From positions 1,952,001 through 2,016,000 of the forward strand of contig OZ244744.1 of the NCBI GenBank assembly GCA_965219455.1: DNA of 64,000 nucleotides. The letters run 5' to 3'. Below, in pieces: positions 9,081-19,555 of the stretch. This stretch comes from Candidatus Latescibacterota bacterium. GTDB taxonomy: Bacteria; Latescibacterota; UBA2968; GCA-2709665. Both the position numbers and the translations under genes were made by a program. Every line of letters begins with the position of its first letter. Positions within the stretch are counted from its first letter, which is position 1. Under the pieces are notes generated by a model, which saw nothing but the letters and a program-made list of their open reading frames with translations, was not told the origin of the DNA and ran no database searches.

Positions 9081-12000
9081 TTACCTGCGGTTATCCACCC
9101 GCCATCCCCCGACCTCCCCCTGATCCGTTGCCAGAACGACATTTCCATCCACACGGACAATTCCGGTCGGCCTCCCCGTCATCCTGCCCGACCCGACGAC
9201 CTTGCCACCGCCATCCAGGACGGCCAGCGTACCGTCTTCGCAGCCGGCCACGACCCTGGCGCCGACCCCGGCCCCGATGGCTGCCATCACCGCCGGCGGA
9301 CAGGGCAGCCGCCTTGCCCACACCTTCTCGCAACGGTGATCGAGTGCGAGGATCAGCCCGCCGGAGAGCGCAGCAAGCAGCTCTTTCCTGCCGTCGCCAT
9401 CCAGGTCGACAACGTCGAAATCCCGCACGTTGTCGGCGGGAATGCGCTGCCCCGGGCCGAGATGAACGTTGTGCAGCGCCCGCCCATCCTCCGTCCAGAC
9501 CGTCACCCGGTTCCAGGTCCCGTTGATCTCGCTGACCACTTCCCTCCTGCCGTCCCCGTCCAGGTCCTCGTAAAAGATGTGCTTCCGGCTCATACAGGCC
9601 CACCCGCCGATATTCGTATGTCCGTCCGGCACGTCTTGGAAGGCGCGCTGTTTCGGGTCCAGTTCGCGGTTGTTCACAACGGCCATCGCGTGCGAATCCG
9701 TGGGCTGCCGCGCAATCAGCAGATCAATGCTGCCATCGGGCCCGTCGACCAGGGCGAACCGGGAACCCGGACCCCAGAATACCGGAAGCCGTTTCACGAG
9801 ATTCCCGTTATAATCCAGGATCTCGAGTGTGCAGGCGCTGCCCACGAAAGCCTGGCTCTCGCCATCCAGAAAAACGCCGGAATGGAGTCCATGAACGCCC
9901 GCGTGCCCCGGAGCCGTCTTGAACCAGTACGGTTTTGCAGCTCGGAAAACCGCCGGGTCTTCCTCGGAAACAAACACCCATTTCCGGTCGCCCGTATCCG
10001 GATCGAACGCGATGACCTTCTCGTCCACGCATCCCGCCAGGAGCAGGTTGTGCTCCGCCCACCAGTGGAGGAGACGGATGGGACCATCCGTCCGCAGGGT
10101 CCGGAGTACTACCCCCTCCGGTGACAAAACGTGGACATTCTGGGTTTCAGCCGCACAGATTCGCGTTTCCTCGCCGGAATCGGCGACGACGAGGTCCACA
10201 ACCGCACCACCCACGCCGGTCGAGAAAACAGGCGCCATGGAGGGTACATCCGGCAGAACAGGCGATAGCGCGGCCGCGGATAGCCGTCTGCCATCCCGGC
10301 CCTGCTCCAGAAGGCCCTCAAGCCGCGCGGTCACCCTTTCAAGCGCGGCCGCATCCGGTACCGCGCCGGACATCGAATGCCGTCCCGCGGGGATACCAAT
10401 GGTCACCATTCCGGAGTCATCCGAACCGCCCCCGGGAACGCTTCCGCCCACGCGCATGCCGCGCGGATCGGCGACAGCCAACCGGATTTCGGTCTCCTCA
10501 TCCGCAACCACCTCCAGCGTACCGCTTTGAAAGTCCCAGTCGACCTGCACGGGTGCGCTCGAGCGGAAAACCGGGGCGCCCAGCGACACCTCGGTCGCGT
10601 TGACGCCGTGGAGGTGGCTTCCCGCCAGCACCACCAGGTCTCCTCTGAGCCCCTCGTATTCGCCCACGGAGGCTACGGCCGGCTCCGGCAGCGCCAGTGC
10701 GGCCGCGTATTCGTCCAGCCGCACGCACGACGTATCCTCCCCCGCCAACAACGAGAAAAAGCATTGCCCTCCACCCTTCTCCACGCGTCCCCGCCATATC
10801 ATGCGCGCCTGCCCGTCCGCAACCGTGGTCTCCAACGGTTCCGACATGCGGATCTGTCCCGCATCCCGGATACGCACAGCGCCTCCATCCGGGACCGACT
10901 CCCATGCGCCCTTTCCCTGCCACAGCACCTCCACCTCCAGTTCCTCGCTGTCCGCTCGGAATGTCAGGTGGTCCACAAACAGCGCGTACCGGCCCACCCG
11001 CTGCGCCAGTGTCCTGCGCCACGTGCAGAACGCCGCCCCAGGCACAACGGCCGCTACCACGGCGGTCCCCCCGACCACATCGCGATACTTCAGCGCGGAA
11101 TCCATCGCCACAACGGGCTCTACCATCCCCTCCGAACGGGTCAGCACCTGGTTCAGATAGCCCTCCAGCAGCGTCTGTCCCCCCAGTCGCAGTTCCAGGA
11201 TCACAAAGGTGTGGTACGCGTTCCGAGACGCGCCGTTCATCCCCTTCACCAGAATGAAATCGCCCGTTGAGTCGGCCGCGCTCCGAAAGCTGCCGAACAG
11301 GAAAGACTCTTCCAGCGGCAATCCGCCGGCGCGCTCCCGCCACATCGGCTCGGGGATGGGATGGATACACCACCTGTTCACCAGGTCCGCGGGCAGCCTG
11401 GCCTCGAGATCGTCTTCAGGCCAGAAGGACTGCCCCAGCCGGAAGACCTCCAGGTCCATCCCGGTGCGGCGCAGATATTCACGGTACCGGCCGTCACCCG
11501 TCAGATAAGCGGCCTTGTTGAGAAACCCGATGGACGCGGAATTCAGCGCCCAGTCGGGTTCGCGACCCGAGGCGAGGATTTCCTGCCCGCGAAGCAGGGT
11601 GGCCATCACGCCGTTCTCGATCGGCTTCCGGTCGCCCGTAAGCAGCATATAGCTCAGAACAGGGGCCATACCGGTATTGTACCAGAACAGGTTGTCGTGC
11701 TCCCCGTCAACCCACGCGTGTCGATGCAGGGATGCAAAATGCCACTTGGCCGCCTCCATGGATTGTTCCCAGAGCGCATGCGGGTAGTCGGTGTGAAAGT
11801 ATCGGCCCAGGCAATAGAGCGAAATCGCCGACCACTGCCCGTGCCGCGACCCCACGCAGCGCGGCGGGTCTCCGAATCCCCCTTCGCCGCGTCGCGCGTT
11901 TTCCACCACCTGCCGCCGCGCGCCCTGGTCCTGCGCGTGCCCGAACTGAGACGCAAAGGCATTCGTGACCCGCAGGCGTTCGGCATCCGTAAACACCGGA

Positions 12001-12797
12001 CTCTCCTCAATCAGATCCCAGTAGAGAATCATCATGTGCGCGTTGTAGTGGTAGGGACCGCCAAGCGGCTCGTCCTTGTTTTCGATCCGCTCACCATCGA
12101 TCTCCGTGATTTCGGCCTTCGCCCGGTCGTCGGGAAACGCCAGCCGGAGGGCTTCCCGCGCGTGGAAGGGGTCTCCCGTCATATAGTACATGGCCATCCG
12201 CTTGCTGATGCTGTTCCACCCGAAATACCCCACCGATCCGTATCCCGCGGAGGCCTCCCAGGTTTCGAATTCCCGGATGTCCTGCGGTACCACAATCCCC
12301 CTCCCCAGTTCGATCTCCATCAGCCAACCCAGCGAAAGCGCGCCTTCTTCCCCCTCCGCTTCCGACACCTTCCTCACCAGCGCATCCGCCGCCGCCGACA
12401 CGCCCTCTGCATCGCTGCCACCCGCAAAGATCACATTGTTGCCGTCGCCGAACGGATTGTGAAGCGACCGGACCTCGTACCCGCCAGGCCCGGGATAGCG
12501 CAGATCCAGCAGGGTGTAGTATTGGTTGTAGAGCGCTTCTATCGTGTGGCTGCTGGACCGGTTGCCAAGTACGATCACGTGTCCCGAAACGGGCGCGGAA
12601 CCTGCCACGGAAGATTCCTCGACAATGGGCACGCGCACACCGGTTCGCGCCTTTATTGCCGCTTGCAGGCGTTTCGCGGCGCCGGCGTAAATCAGGCCTT
12701 CCGGAACCACGATCGTTACGTTCGACCGGCCGCCTCGGACCAGTTCCGTATCGAGATTGAGATCCTTGAGTTCCGTGTACATCGGTGGAATACGCAT
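9081..12797 (-). CDS. Large lyase-fold + beta-propeller protein (divergent paralog)
   Basis: Shares the N-terminal 'YPGPGGYEVRSLHNPFGDGNNVI' domain, 'YWDLIEESPVF' and C-terminal DLDGDG repeats with its neighbour; putative catalytic motifs are altered. Confidence 0.72.
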   Translation of the reverse strand: MRIPPMYTELKDLNLDTELVRGGRSNVTIVVPEGLIYAGAAKRLQAAIKARTGVRVPIVEESSVAGSAPVSGHVIVLGNRSSSHTIEALYNQYYTLLDLRYPGPGGYEVRSLHNPFGDGNNVIFAGGSDAEGVSAAADALVRKVSEAEGEEGALSLGWLMEIELGRGIVVPQDIREFETWEASAGYGSVGYFGWNSISKRMAMYYMTGDPFHAREALRLAFPDDRAKAEITEIDGERIENKDEPLGGPYHYNAHMMILYWDLIEESPVFTDAERLRVTNAFASQFGHAQDQGARRQVVENARRGEGGFGDPPRCVGSRHGQWSAISLYCLGRYFHTDYPHALWEQSMEAAKWHFASLHRHAWVDGEHDNLFWYNTGMAPVLSYMLLTGDRKPIENGVMATLLRGQEILASGREPDWALNSASIGFLNKAAYLTGDGRYREYLRRTGMDLEVFRLGQSFWPEDDLEARLPADLVNRWCIHPIPEPMWRERAGGLPLEESFLFGSFRSAADSTGDFILVKGMNGASRNAYHTFVILELRLGGQTLLEGYLNQVLTRSEGMVEPVVAMDSALKYRDVVGGTAVVAAVVPGAAFCTWRRTLAQRVGRYALFVDHLTFRADSEELEVEVLWQGKGAWESVPDGGAVRIRDAGQIRMSEPLETTVADGQARMIWRGRVEKGGGQCFFSLLAGEDTSCVRLDEYAAALALPEPAVASVGEYEGLRGDLVVLAGSHLHGVNATEVSLGAPVFRSSAPVQVDWDFQSGTLEVVADEETEIRLAVADPRGMRVGGSVPGGGSDDSGMVTIGIPAGRHSMSGAVPDAAALERVTARLEGLLEQGRDGRRLSAAALSPVLPDVPSMAPVFSTGVGGAVVDLVVADSGEETRICAAETQNVHVLSPEGVVLRTLRTDGPIRLLHWWAEHNLLLAGCVDEKVIAFDPDTGDRKWVFVSEEDPAVFRAAKPYWFKTAPGHAGVHGLHSGVFLDGESQAFVGSACTLEILDYNGNLVKRLPVFWGPGSRFALVDGPDGSIDLLIARQPTDSHAMAVVNNRELDPKQRAFQDVPDGHTNIGGWACMSRKHIFYEDLDGDGRREVVSEINGTWNRVTVWTEDGRALHNVHLGPGQRIPADNVRDFDVVDLDGDGRKELLAALSGGLILALDHRCEKVWARRLPCPPAVMAAIGAGVGARVVAGCEDGTLAVLDGGGKVVGSGRMTGRPTGIVRVDGNVVLATDQGEVGGWRVDNRR

Positions 12798-12828
12798 CAG
12801 ATCATACCCTCCGTTACGTGCGCTAGAG

Positions 12829-14796
12829 TCAATATGCGTGCACGGCGTGCCCCTGCCCTTCGAACCAGATCACATCCAGTACGTATCCGAGGGCGACGGA
12901 CAGCGCATAGCCCACGATCGTCCCGATAAAAAATGGTACCGTCCGTCGATAGAGCAGCATCCCCCCAGTCTTGATCACGATAAACTTGCAGATCCAGGCG
13001 GCAAAGATGCTGAAAGCCGCGTGCTTCGTCAACCCCGTGTAGGCCACAGCCAGTCCGGCCGGGTGCACCGGCCACCAGTTGAACCGGTATCGCAGGAACG
13101 CCAGCAGGGCCATGCCCGCCGCGCCGGCCGCAAAGAGAATAAACGGCGCCGCCTGAACGGGATCCGAGCTGCGCATATGGCTTACGTACCCGTTCACGCT
13201 GGGCACCGTCCTTCGGAAAAGCGCGATACTTCCGAAATTGTACGCCCCGCCGAAATACCCCCAATACAGTGTCAGCACCACCGACGTCGCAATGCTGGTC
13301 AACAGGCCCAGCGCCACAACCCAGCCCAGACGCCTCCGGTGCCGCTCCACCCGTTCGGCCAGCTTTGCGATCTGCGCGAAGGCCGGCATGAACAGGCCCA
13401 TGCTGTCATTGGCGAACACGTTTGTGAAGGCCATGGCCGTGAGCCCCGGCGCCGGGATGGAGGCCGCGCCCAACGTGCCCAGAATCAGCGCCTGCCCGCT
13501 GAGGGGGAAGTTCACGTAAAGCAGGCCGGTCTGCGCGACAACCCGGGCGAGGCCCAGGTAACTGGTGAACAGGAACACGGTCAGCGCGGTGGCCAGGAGC
13601 AGACCCATTCCCGCCATCCGCAACCAGCAGATCACGAAGGCCACCCCCAGAATCAGGCCCCACACCGCCCACCTGTAACGCATCAGCGCCTCCGCGTCGT
13701 TCACTCCGCCTGAGCGGCCCAGTGCAGAGCGGAACACGCGATTGAGGTGACCCCGGGCGGTCCAGAGCGCCAGACCCACGTAAGACATCATCGCGCCGCC
13801 GCCCTGCCAGGACACCACCCCGCCGGAGAATCCCGCAATCCCCAGTCCAACCCGGGCGAAAGCCGCGATCTCCAGAATGTAAAACAGATGAAACAGCCAG
13901 ATACTCAGCAGCAGGTCCAGGCCCGTCATATACGCGAACCCGATGGTATAGAAATTCAGGCTCAAATGGACCTGCGAGTATTGCGTAAAGTGCACCCACA
14001 ACTGCTGGTGAAACACACGGATCATCGGAAATCCGTGGACAAAGGCCGGAATCAGGTTCCAGACCTTGATCGTCAGCGCGGCAAGCATCCCCGCAATGAA
14101 CAACCGGTTCCGCAACAACCCGGCCCACTCGCCTCTGCCCTCGGCTCCCTCCGCCATATCCACGGCCACCGCGGGAATGGGATAGGCCAGGCGTTCGTGC
14201 CCCGACCACTGACGGTGCAACACCGCGACCGTGCAGAAAGAAACCAGCGCCATCCCGCCTAGCAGCGCCGTCCACCAGAACATCGGGGCCGCCCACGCGT
14301 GCCAGGGAATCGCCTCACCGGGCGGCAGACCCTCAAAGAGCCATCTCATGGCCCCCTGCGCGTTTGAAGGCAACATCCAGCCGGGTACGTGGGGCAGCAG
14401 GTACTCTCCCCACATATTCTCGGGCGTGGCAAGATAGTGGGGGATCGCCAGCATCCCGATCCAGGTCGTGGACAGACCGAACGTGGGCACCATCCCACCC
14501 GCCAGGCCCGCGCACAGCGCCACCAGGAGTTCCGGGCCGGACAACGCCATCCTGGGAACGAACCGCCGGAGGGCGGGCGCCGTCAGAACAAGAATCAGGA
14601 ACGGCACGAACACGCCCATGGGGAAGTGCGTCCGGTTCAGCCATGATCCCCGGATGATATAGAGCGAGTGCAGGCTCCAGAAATTGTGCAGGACGGCAAT
14701 ACCCAGACCAACGCTCAGGGCGCGCACCGAAACCCCGCGCAAAGCCGACTTCGTGCCGGCTACCGCCGCTTCGCGTTGCCCGGCAGTTCTCGGCAT
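12829..14796 (-). CDS. DUF6785/DUF6784-like polytopic membrane protein (putative transporter)
   Basis: Many TM segments; 'RQWSGHERLAYPI', 'RYRFNWWPVHPAG', 'PFFIGTIVG' signatures. Start moved to ATG 14796 (GAGG RBS, no overlap with the upstream gene). Confidence 0.8.
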   Translation of the reverse strand: MPRTAGQREAAVAGTKSALRGVSVRALSVGLGIAVLHNFWSLHSLYIIRGSWLNRTHFPMGVFVPFLILVLTAPALRRFVPRMALSGPELLVALCAGLAGGMVPTFGLSTTWIGMLAIPHYLATPENMWGEYLLPHVPGWMLPSNAQGAMRWLFEGLPPGEAIPWHAWAAPMFWWTALLGGMALVSFCTVAVLHRQWSGHERLAYPIPAVAVDMAEGAEGRGEWAGLLRNRLFIAGMLAALTIKVWNLIPAFVHGFPMIRVFHQQLWVHFTQYSQVHLSLNFYTIGFAYMTGLDLLLSIWLFHLFYILEIAAFARVGLGIAGFSGGVVSWQGGGAMMSYVGLALWTARGHLNRVFRSALGRSGGVNDAEALMRYRWAVWGLILGVAFVICWLRMAGMGLLLATALTVFLFTSYLGLARVVAQTGLLYVNFPLSGQALILGTLGAASIPAPGLTAMAFTNVFANDSMGLFMPAFAQIAKLAERVERHRRRLGWVVALGLLTSIATSVVLTLYWGYFGGAYNFGSIALFRRTVPSVNGYVSHMRSSDPVQAAPFILFAAGAAGMALLAFLRYRFNWWPVHPAGLAVAYTGLTKHAAFSIFAAWICKFIVIKTGGMLLYRRTVPFFIGTIVGYALSVALGYVLDVIWFEGQGHAVHAY

Positions 14797-14821
14797 ACCG
14801 CGTTTTCCCTCGCGTGTGCGT

Positions 14822-17800
14822 TCAAGACACGACCTCCCGGCCCGCCGACGTCTCCAGTTCCGCCTCGCCCTGCCGGGCATAGTCCGTCTTTGTTTCCGGA
14901 GGCATTGTTTTCCATACCAGAAAGAGCTTGCGGATGTCGTTCAGGAAGCCTCGATTCACCCGCTGCCAGGAGTTCACGTCTCCGCTCAGGCGATGGATTT
15001 GGACCTCTATGCCGTATATATCGTGTTCTCCCGTGGGAATCGCATTCATCCGGACGTCCTGGCTGATGCCCATATCGTAGGGCGCCAACCACATCCGCAG
15101 AGCGATCTTATACCCCCTGCCGGCCGGAAGCGGCTCGGACCTGAAACTCACGTCCTGCGAGACAAACCTGCCGATAGAACCCTCTCCGAACGATTCGAAA
15201 GAACGAAACAGATAGGTATACATGCCAAGGGCTTCCGAGCCCGCCAGCGTAAACGGAAAATCAAAGAACCACTCGTCACCCTTCGGTTGCGGAAACTGCC
15301 AACGCCGGGTCACGTCGGGCACGGACATCTGCTCGGCCTTCCTGGCCGGATAGAGGGTGGACAGGAACACCGCCAGCATCACCAGCAGCGTGGAAGTAAC
15401 CGCCGACAACGACGAATAGTTCAGGGACAACCCGCCCAGCGCCCCATGTTCGTACAGCAACATCACCAGCGCCTGACCGATCAGGTAACCGAACGCGGCC
15501 CCAAGCGTGGCAAACACGGCGGCTTCTGCCAGGAAGAGCGCGGATATGTGGCTGGGCGCCAGCCCCACTGCTGAATAGACGCCGATTTCCCGGAACCTTT
15601 CGTATACCGCGCCCATCATCGTATTCAGCACGATCAGAGAGGCAATCAGCAGCGGGATGAAGAGATTCGCGATGCCGGAAAGCGAGGTGGTGCCGATGGA
15701 ACTGTATACCGTCACCTCGTCGCCGATCCCCACAAACATCGTCAGTGCGACCCGGGACATAAAGTCCTCGATCTGACCCCGGACGTCCCGGCTCGGGCCG
15801 CCCTGCGCATCTCTGAAATCGGTGACCGCGATCGATCGGAGCGTACCCCCCATTTCAATGACGAATTCGTACGGAAGCAGCGCCGTATTGCTCGTATCCA
15901 GGTGAATGAACGCCTCGATCGGCTCCGCCCCCATCAGCCTCGGATCCTGGCTCAGGTTGCGCCAGTCGCTCGTGCCCGCGGTCTCCATCGTGGTGTCGAT
16001 GGGGGTCAGTCGTTCGTCGTCCATATCCTCCAGTCTGTCGACCGCCCTGGAGTCCAGAATGCCGATAACGGCAATCTCCACCCCCAACATGCGCACCCGC
16101 GCCCGGCCGGCCTCCACGTCCTCGGGAGAGATCCCAACGAGTTCCGCCAGTTCTCCGGGCAGGATGACCGCGTGCCGCTCCCCTTCCCGGAACCACCGGC
16201 CGGCCGTCAGCAGGCGGTCCATACCCATCACCTCAGGTTCCTCCGGCGTTACGCCCAGCAACCCGTTCGCGAAACTCCGCCGGCCGCTTTCGGGCTCTTC
16301 AAAGTCGATATAGGCCCGCTCCCCCCGCTTTTCGGAAATGTAAAATGCCCGAGGCGCAACCCGGGCGAAACCGCCAAAATGACTCTCCATATAGTTCAGC
16401 ACGGAGGGCTGCATTCCCCTCCAGTTCCGGTCTCTCACCAGCGCGCCCTGGTACGGAGGCCGATTGTCCCTGGGCAGCTTGTAGAAACGCAGATAGGTCT
16501 GAACGGAGGTGAACGAAAGCACCGTAAACGTCAGCAATGTCAGCGTGACCGCCGTCAGCCCGCTGCGCAGGGGGCGCTTCCGCAAATTCGAAACCCCCAA
16601 TGTAAAGGCCACGATTGTCGCCGAGATCCGCCCCACGTCCTCCTCGTACACACCCGTTGCGGACTGCTTCAGACGTCTTACCTGGTCCGCAAACCTGGAC
16701 ACCACGATCACCATTGCCACCCCGCCCAGGCACAGAATTACAAACGCCAGAAAGATGATGTACGGAGAACCGGACAGTTGGAACGCGGGATGCACCCACC
16801 GCAGCGCCAGGAACATGGCGACGAGAATCCCCGCGAATCCTATAATCCTTCTCTGGACGTCAGGAAACCCGAAAAACAACCGCTCGCAGAAGAACGAAAA
16901 CGGCAGCAGCAGCACGAAATAGAAAATGACCCCCCGCACCGTGTCGTTGGCTGTCTCCTTCACCTCGGGGTAGCCGCGCGCCTCCAGTCCCCACGCCTCC
17001 CTTGCCGCCCCGATGAACCGGTCGTAGTTGCGGTCTTCCAGGTGACCCTGCGCCTCCAGAAGGGAGGCCCGCGCGCGGTCGTGCAGCCGGGAAAGCCGCT
17101 GGTTCTCCACGCCGTAGCGCGCCAGTTGCTTCATCCGTACGTCATCCACGATCCACATATCCCGCGCCGCGCGGTAGGAAGGCAGGGTAATGACGCTCCC
17201 GTCCGGGACGTAGCCTGTACCCATGGACCGCTTCACCGTCGTTGCGTCCACCCGCCGCGGAGCGACGGGATCGGTCAGCAGATCTTCCGGCGCGTTGATC
17301 AGCAGGTACTTGATTCCGAACAGCCCGCTGCTCATCAGGATCTTGATCCGCTCCCCCGCCGGGGCGAATGCCACCGACGCCTGCGTGACCTTCCCTTCCT
17401 TTCGGCCCTGGTTGGCGACGTACTGGAAGCCGTACTCGATCGGTTCGCTGTTGTCCCTTCCCAGCACCTTCATGTGGTCCAGCACCGAGAGATAACTCGA
17501 ATCCACAATCTCGAAAAGGCTCAGCGCCCGGCACCTGAAAAGCACCCCCATCATTTCGTTGTCCCACCACCCGTATCCCTGTAACAGGGGGTATTTCCCG
17601 TTTTTCCCATCCGATCCGGCTCCCTCCATGCCCATGTCAGGCGCCGAAACGATCTGCCCCTCACCGTCGATCTCGTATGCGAGTATCCGATTGGAGAATC
17701 GGTTCCTTACGATGTCGAATTCAAACCGGCCGGTCTGCGAAACCACCTCCCTGGAACCGAACAACGCCCCACGGGAGGCCGGACCTTCGTAAATCGGGCC

Positions 17801-19537
17801 AGCGGCGGCCTGCGTGACCATCAGCGTCCGGACACCGGCCACGCTGCCCGGCCCCGGCTGCTTGTACGTCACGATCGCGCCGGGTACGGGCACGCGTGGA
17901 ATCGCGAAATCCACGTCCCGGTCGAACCAGAGAATACGCCCGGCCAGACGGTGCCCGCGGTCCATCAGCCGAAGCTGGGTTTCCCGGAAGAAGGCCGGGT
18001 CGTTCCCCGCCCTGATCATCATTGAAGCCACCGAGCGAATCTGGTCGGTCAGCCGGTCGAACGCCATTGCCTCCGGAAGATCGAGCGGGGTGTCCGTACG
18101 AACGCGGCCGTCGTACAGCGTCACCAGCGTCATGGCCTCCTGCCCGACGAATACCGCCGCCTCACTCTCCAGGGCCAGGGGAACCGGCATAAACGACGTC
18201 CAGGGCCGCTTGGCCGGCGCCACCACGTCCACGTAGCGATCTTCGCCGGGGAAGAGCGTCGTCGCATATTCGCGGAGCCTGTGTGAATAGGGTGTCAGCA
18301 GATTCTTGAGGTATTCGTCCGTTGCTTTGCCGGGATTGTAGAACGTGCCCATCGCGAATCCGCCCACCTGCCTGCTTTTGCTGGAAAGGTCGAGCCCGAT
18401 GAACAGGCTGAAGTCGATCCGGTCCGCGTCAGGAATCCGATCCAGGAAATAATTGCTCCGCCGGGAATGCCGAAAGAGGAAATCGTTGATTCCCGACAGG
18501 CCCTCGAAGTGAGCCGAGGTGGCCAGAAAGAGAAAGGAATATCTGGAACCGTAACGCTTTAGAGACCGGATCACCTCCAGCATCGCGGCAACTCCCGAGG
18601 CGCTTTCGGCACCCGGGGCGAGCGCCGGCACAACGGACATGGCGTCATAGTAGGCACCCACCACGATCAGCCGGTCCTTCCACCTGCGGCCGTTCCCGCC
18701 AGGAATGCGCTCGTCCGATCCCGGCAGATAGCCGTACACATTCGCCGACTCTACCGTCTTCCAGTCCATCCGCGCCGTCAGATGCACCCGTGCGTCCCCC
18801 ATCTCGACCCGCTTCAGGAGGCGTTGCGCGTCCTCCCGGTCAACCCAGAACCGGGGCACGTTCACCGGCACCTCGAGAAGCTTGTCCTCCGCCTCCCCGC
18901 GCGTAACGTTGCCGTCGTCGAAGAACAGAATCGCCTTCGCGCCAAGGGTCAGCGCGTTCAGGTAGTTCTGCCCGCAACCGAAGTCCATCAACACCACGCT
19001 GCCATCCACAACTGCCCCGTTGTAGTCCGAAAACTCCCCCTTGCGCCCGTAGATCAACGGCCCGCCAACGCCTCCGGCCGGCAGCGTGGAAGTACGTACG
19101 TCGTTCGGCCAGAGACAGTAAACGGGCAATTCCTCCCCGGTGGTTTCCAGCCTCAGCACGCCTCCCGCGTCGATCGGCACCGTCACGTCGAACGGCTCCG
19201 TGGTAACTCGCTCCAGGCCGAGCGCCTCGAATTGCGACCGGACGTAATCCCGCGCCTGCCGTTCCCCGCCATACCCCACCACGCGAGACGGCATCCGGGT
19301 GAATGCCGCCACATGAGACCGTACCTCCTCTTCGGTTATCGCATCCACGACCCGTCGAACCGCACGATCCTCGGCCGAGAGAGCCCCACGCACCTGCTCG
19401 GGGGGCGCCACCTGCCGGATATGGAGCGTATCCCGTATCACGTCGGACACTTCCTCGGGATCGAATACCACCACGACTGCGAGAACGCCGAGCGTCAGCA
19501 GAACAAGAAGAACCCGCTTGATTACGTTAAACATCAT
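14822..19537 (-). CDS. Giant membrane protein: M28/PA peptidase-like ectodomain fused to MacB/FtsX-like permease
   Basis: N-terminal TM; M28-like fold ('ANVYGYLPG', 'GAYYDA', 'PGAESASGVAAMLE', 'GLDLS'); central TM bundle; 'NLRKRPLRSGLT'; FtsX motif 'AVYERFREIGVYSAVG...FLAEA' and 'STLYPARKA'. Confidence 0.85.
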   Translation of the reverse strand: MMFNVIKRVLLVLLTLGVLAVVVVFDPEEVSDVIRDTLHIRQVAPPEQVRGALSAEDRAVRRVVDAITEEEVRSHVAAFTRMPSRVVGYGGERQARDYVRSQFEALGLERVTTEPFDVTVPIDAGGVLRLETTGEELPVYCLWPNDVRTSTLPAGGVGGPLIYGRKGEFSDYNGAVVDGSVVLMDFGCGQNYLNALTLGAKAILFFDDGNVTRGEAEDKLLEVPVNVPRFWVDREDAQRLLKRVEMGDARVHLTARMDWKTVESANVYGYLPGSDERIPGGNGRRWKDRLIVVGAYYDAMSVVPALAPGAESASGVAAMLEVIRSLKRYGSRYSFLFLATSAHFEGLSGINDFLFRHSRRSNYFLDRIPDADRIDFSLFIGLDLSSKSRQVGGFAMGTFYNPGKATDEYLKNLLTPYSHRLREYATTLFPGEDRYVDVVAPAKRPWTSFMPVPLALESEAAVFVGQEAMTLVTLYDGRVRTDTPLDLPEAMAFDRLTDQIRSVASMMIRAGNDPAFFRETQLRLMDRGHRLAGRILWFDRDVDFAIPRVPVPGAIVTYKQPGPGSVAGVRTLMVTQAAAGPIYEGPASRGALFGSREVVSQTGRFEFDIVRNRFSNRILAYEIDGEGQIVSAPDMGMEGAGSDGKNGKYPLLQGYGWWDNEMMGVLFRCRALSLFEIVDSSYLSVLDHMKVLGRDNSEPIEYGFQYVANQGRKEGKVTQASVAFAPAGERIKILMSSGLFGIKYLLINAPEDLLTDPVAPRRVDATTVKRSMGTGYVPDGSVITLPSYRAARDMWIVDDVRMKQLARYGVENQRLSRLHDRARASLLEAQGHLEDRNYDRFIGAAREAWGLEARGYPEVKETANDTVRGVIFYFVLLLPFSFFCERLFFGFPDVQRRIIGFAGILVAMFLALRWVHPAFQLSGSPYIIFLAFVILCLGGVAMVIVVSRFADQVRRLKQSATGVYEEDVGRISATIVAFTLGVSNLRKRPLRSGLTAVTLTLLTFTVLSFTSVQTYLRFYKLPRDNRPPYQGALVRDRNWRGMQPSVLNYMESHFGGFARVAPRAFYISEKRGERAYIDFEEPESGRRSFANGLLGVTPEEPEVMGMDRLLTAGRWFREGERHAVILPGELAELVGISPEDVEAGRARVRMLGVEIAVIGILDSRAVDRLEDMDDERLTPIDTTMETAGTSDWRNLSQDPRLMGAEPIEAFIHLDTSNTALLPYEFVIEMGGTLRSIAVTDFRDAQGGPSRDVRGQIEDFMSRVALTMFVGIGDEVTVYSSIGTTSLSGIANLFIPLLIASLIVLNTMMGAVYERFREIGVYSAVGLAPSHISALFLAEAAVFATLGAAFGYLIGQALVMLLYEHGALGGLSLNYSSLSAVTSTLLVMLAVFLSTLYPARKAEQMSVPDVTRRWQFPQPKGDEWFFDFPFTLAGSEALGMYTYLFRSFESFGEGSIGRFVSQDVSFRSEPLPAGRGYKIALRMWLAPYDMGISQDVRMNAIPTGEHDIYGIEVQIHRLSGDVNSWQRVNRGFLNDIRKLFLVWKTMPPETKTDYARQGEAELETSAGREVVS

Positions 19538-19555
19538 TCGCCCTCGTACGTCAGC

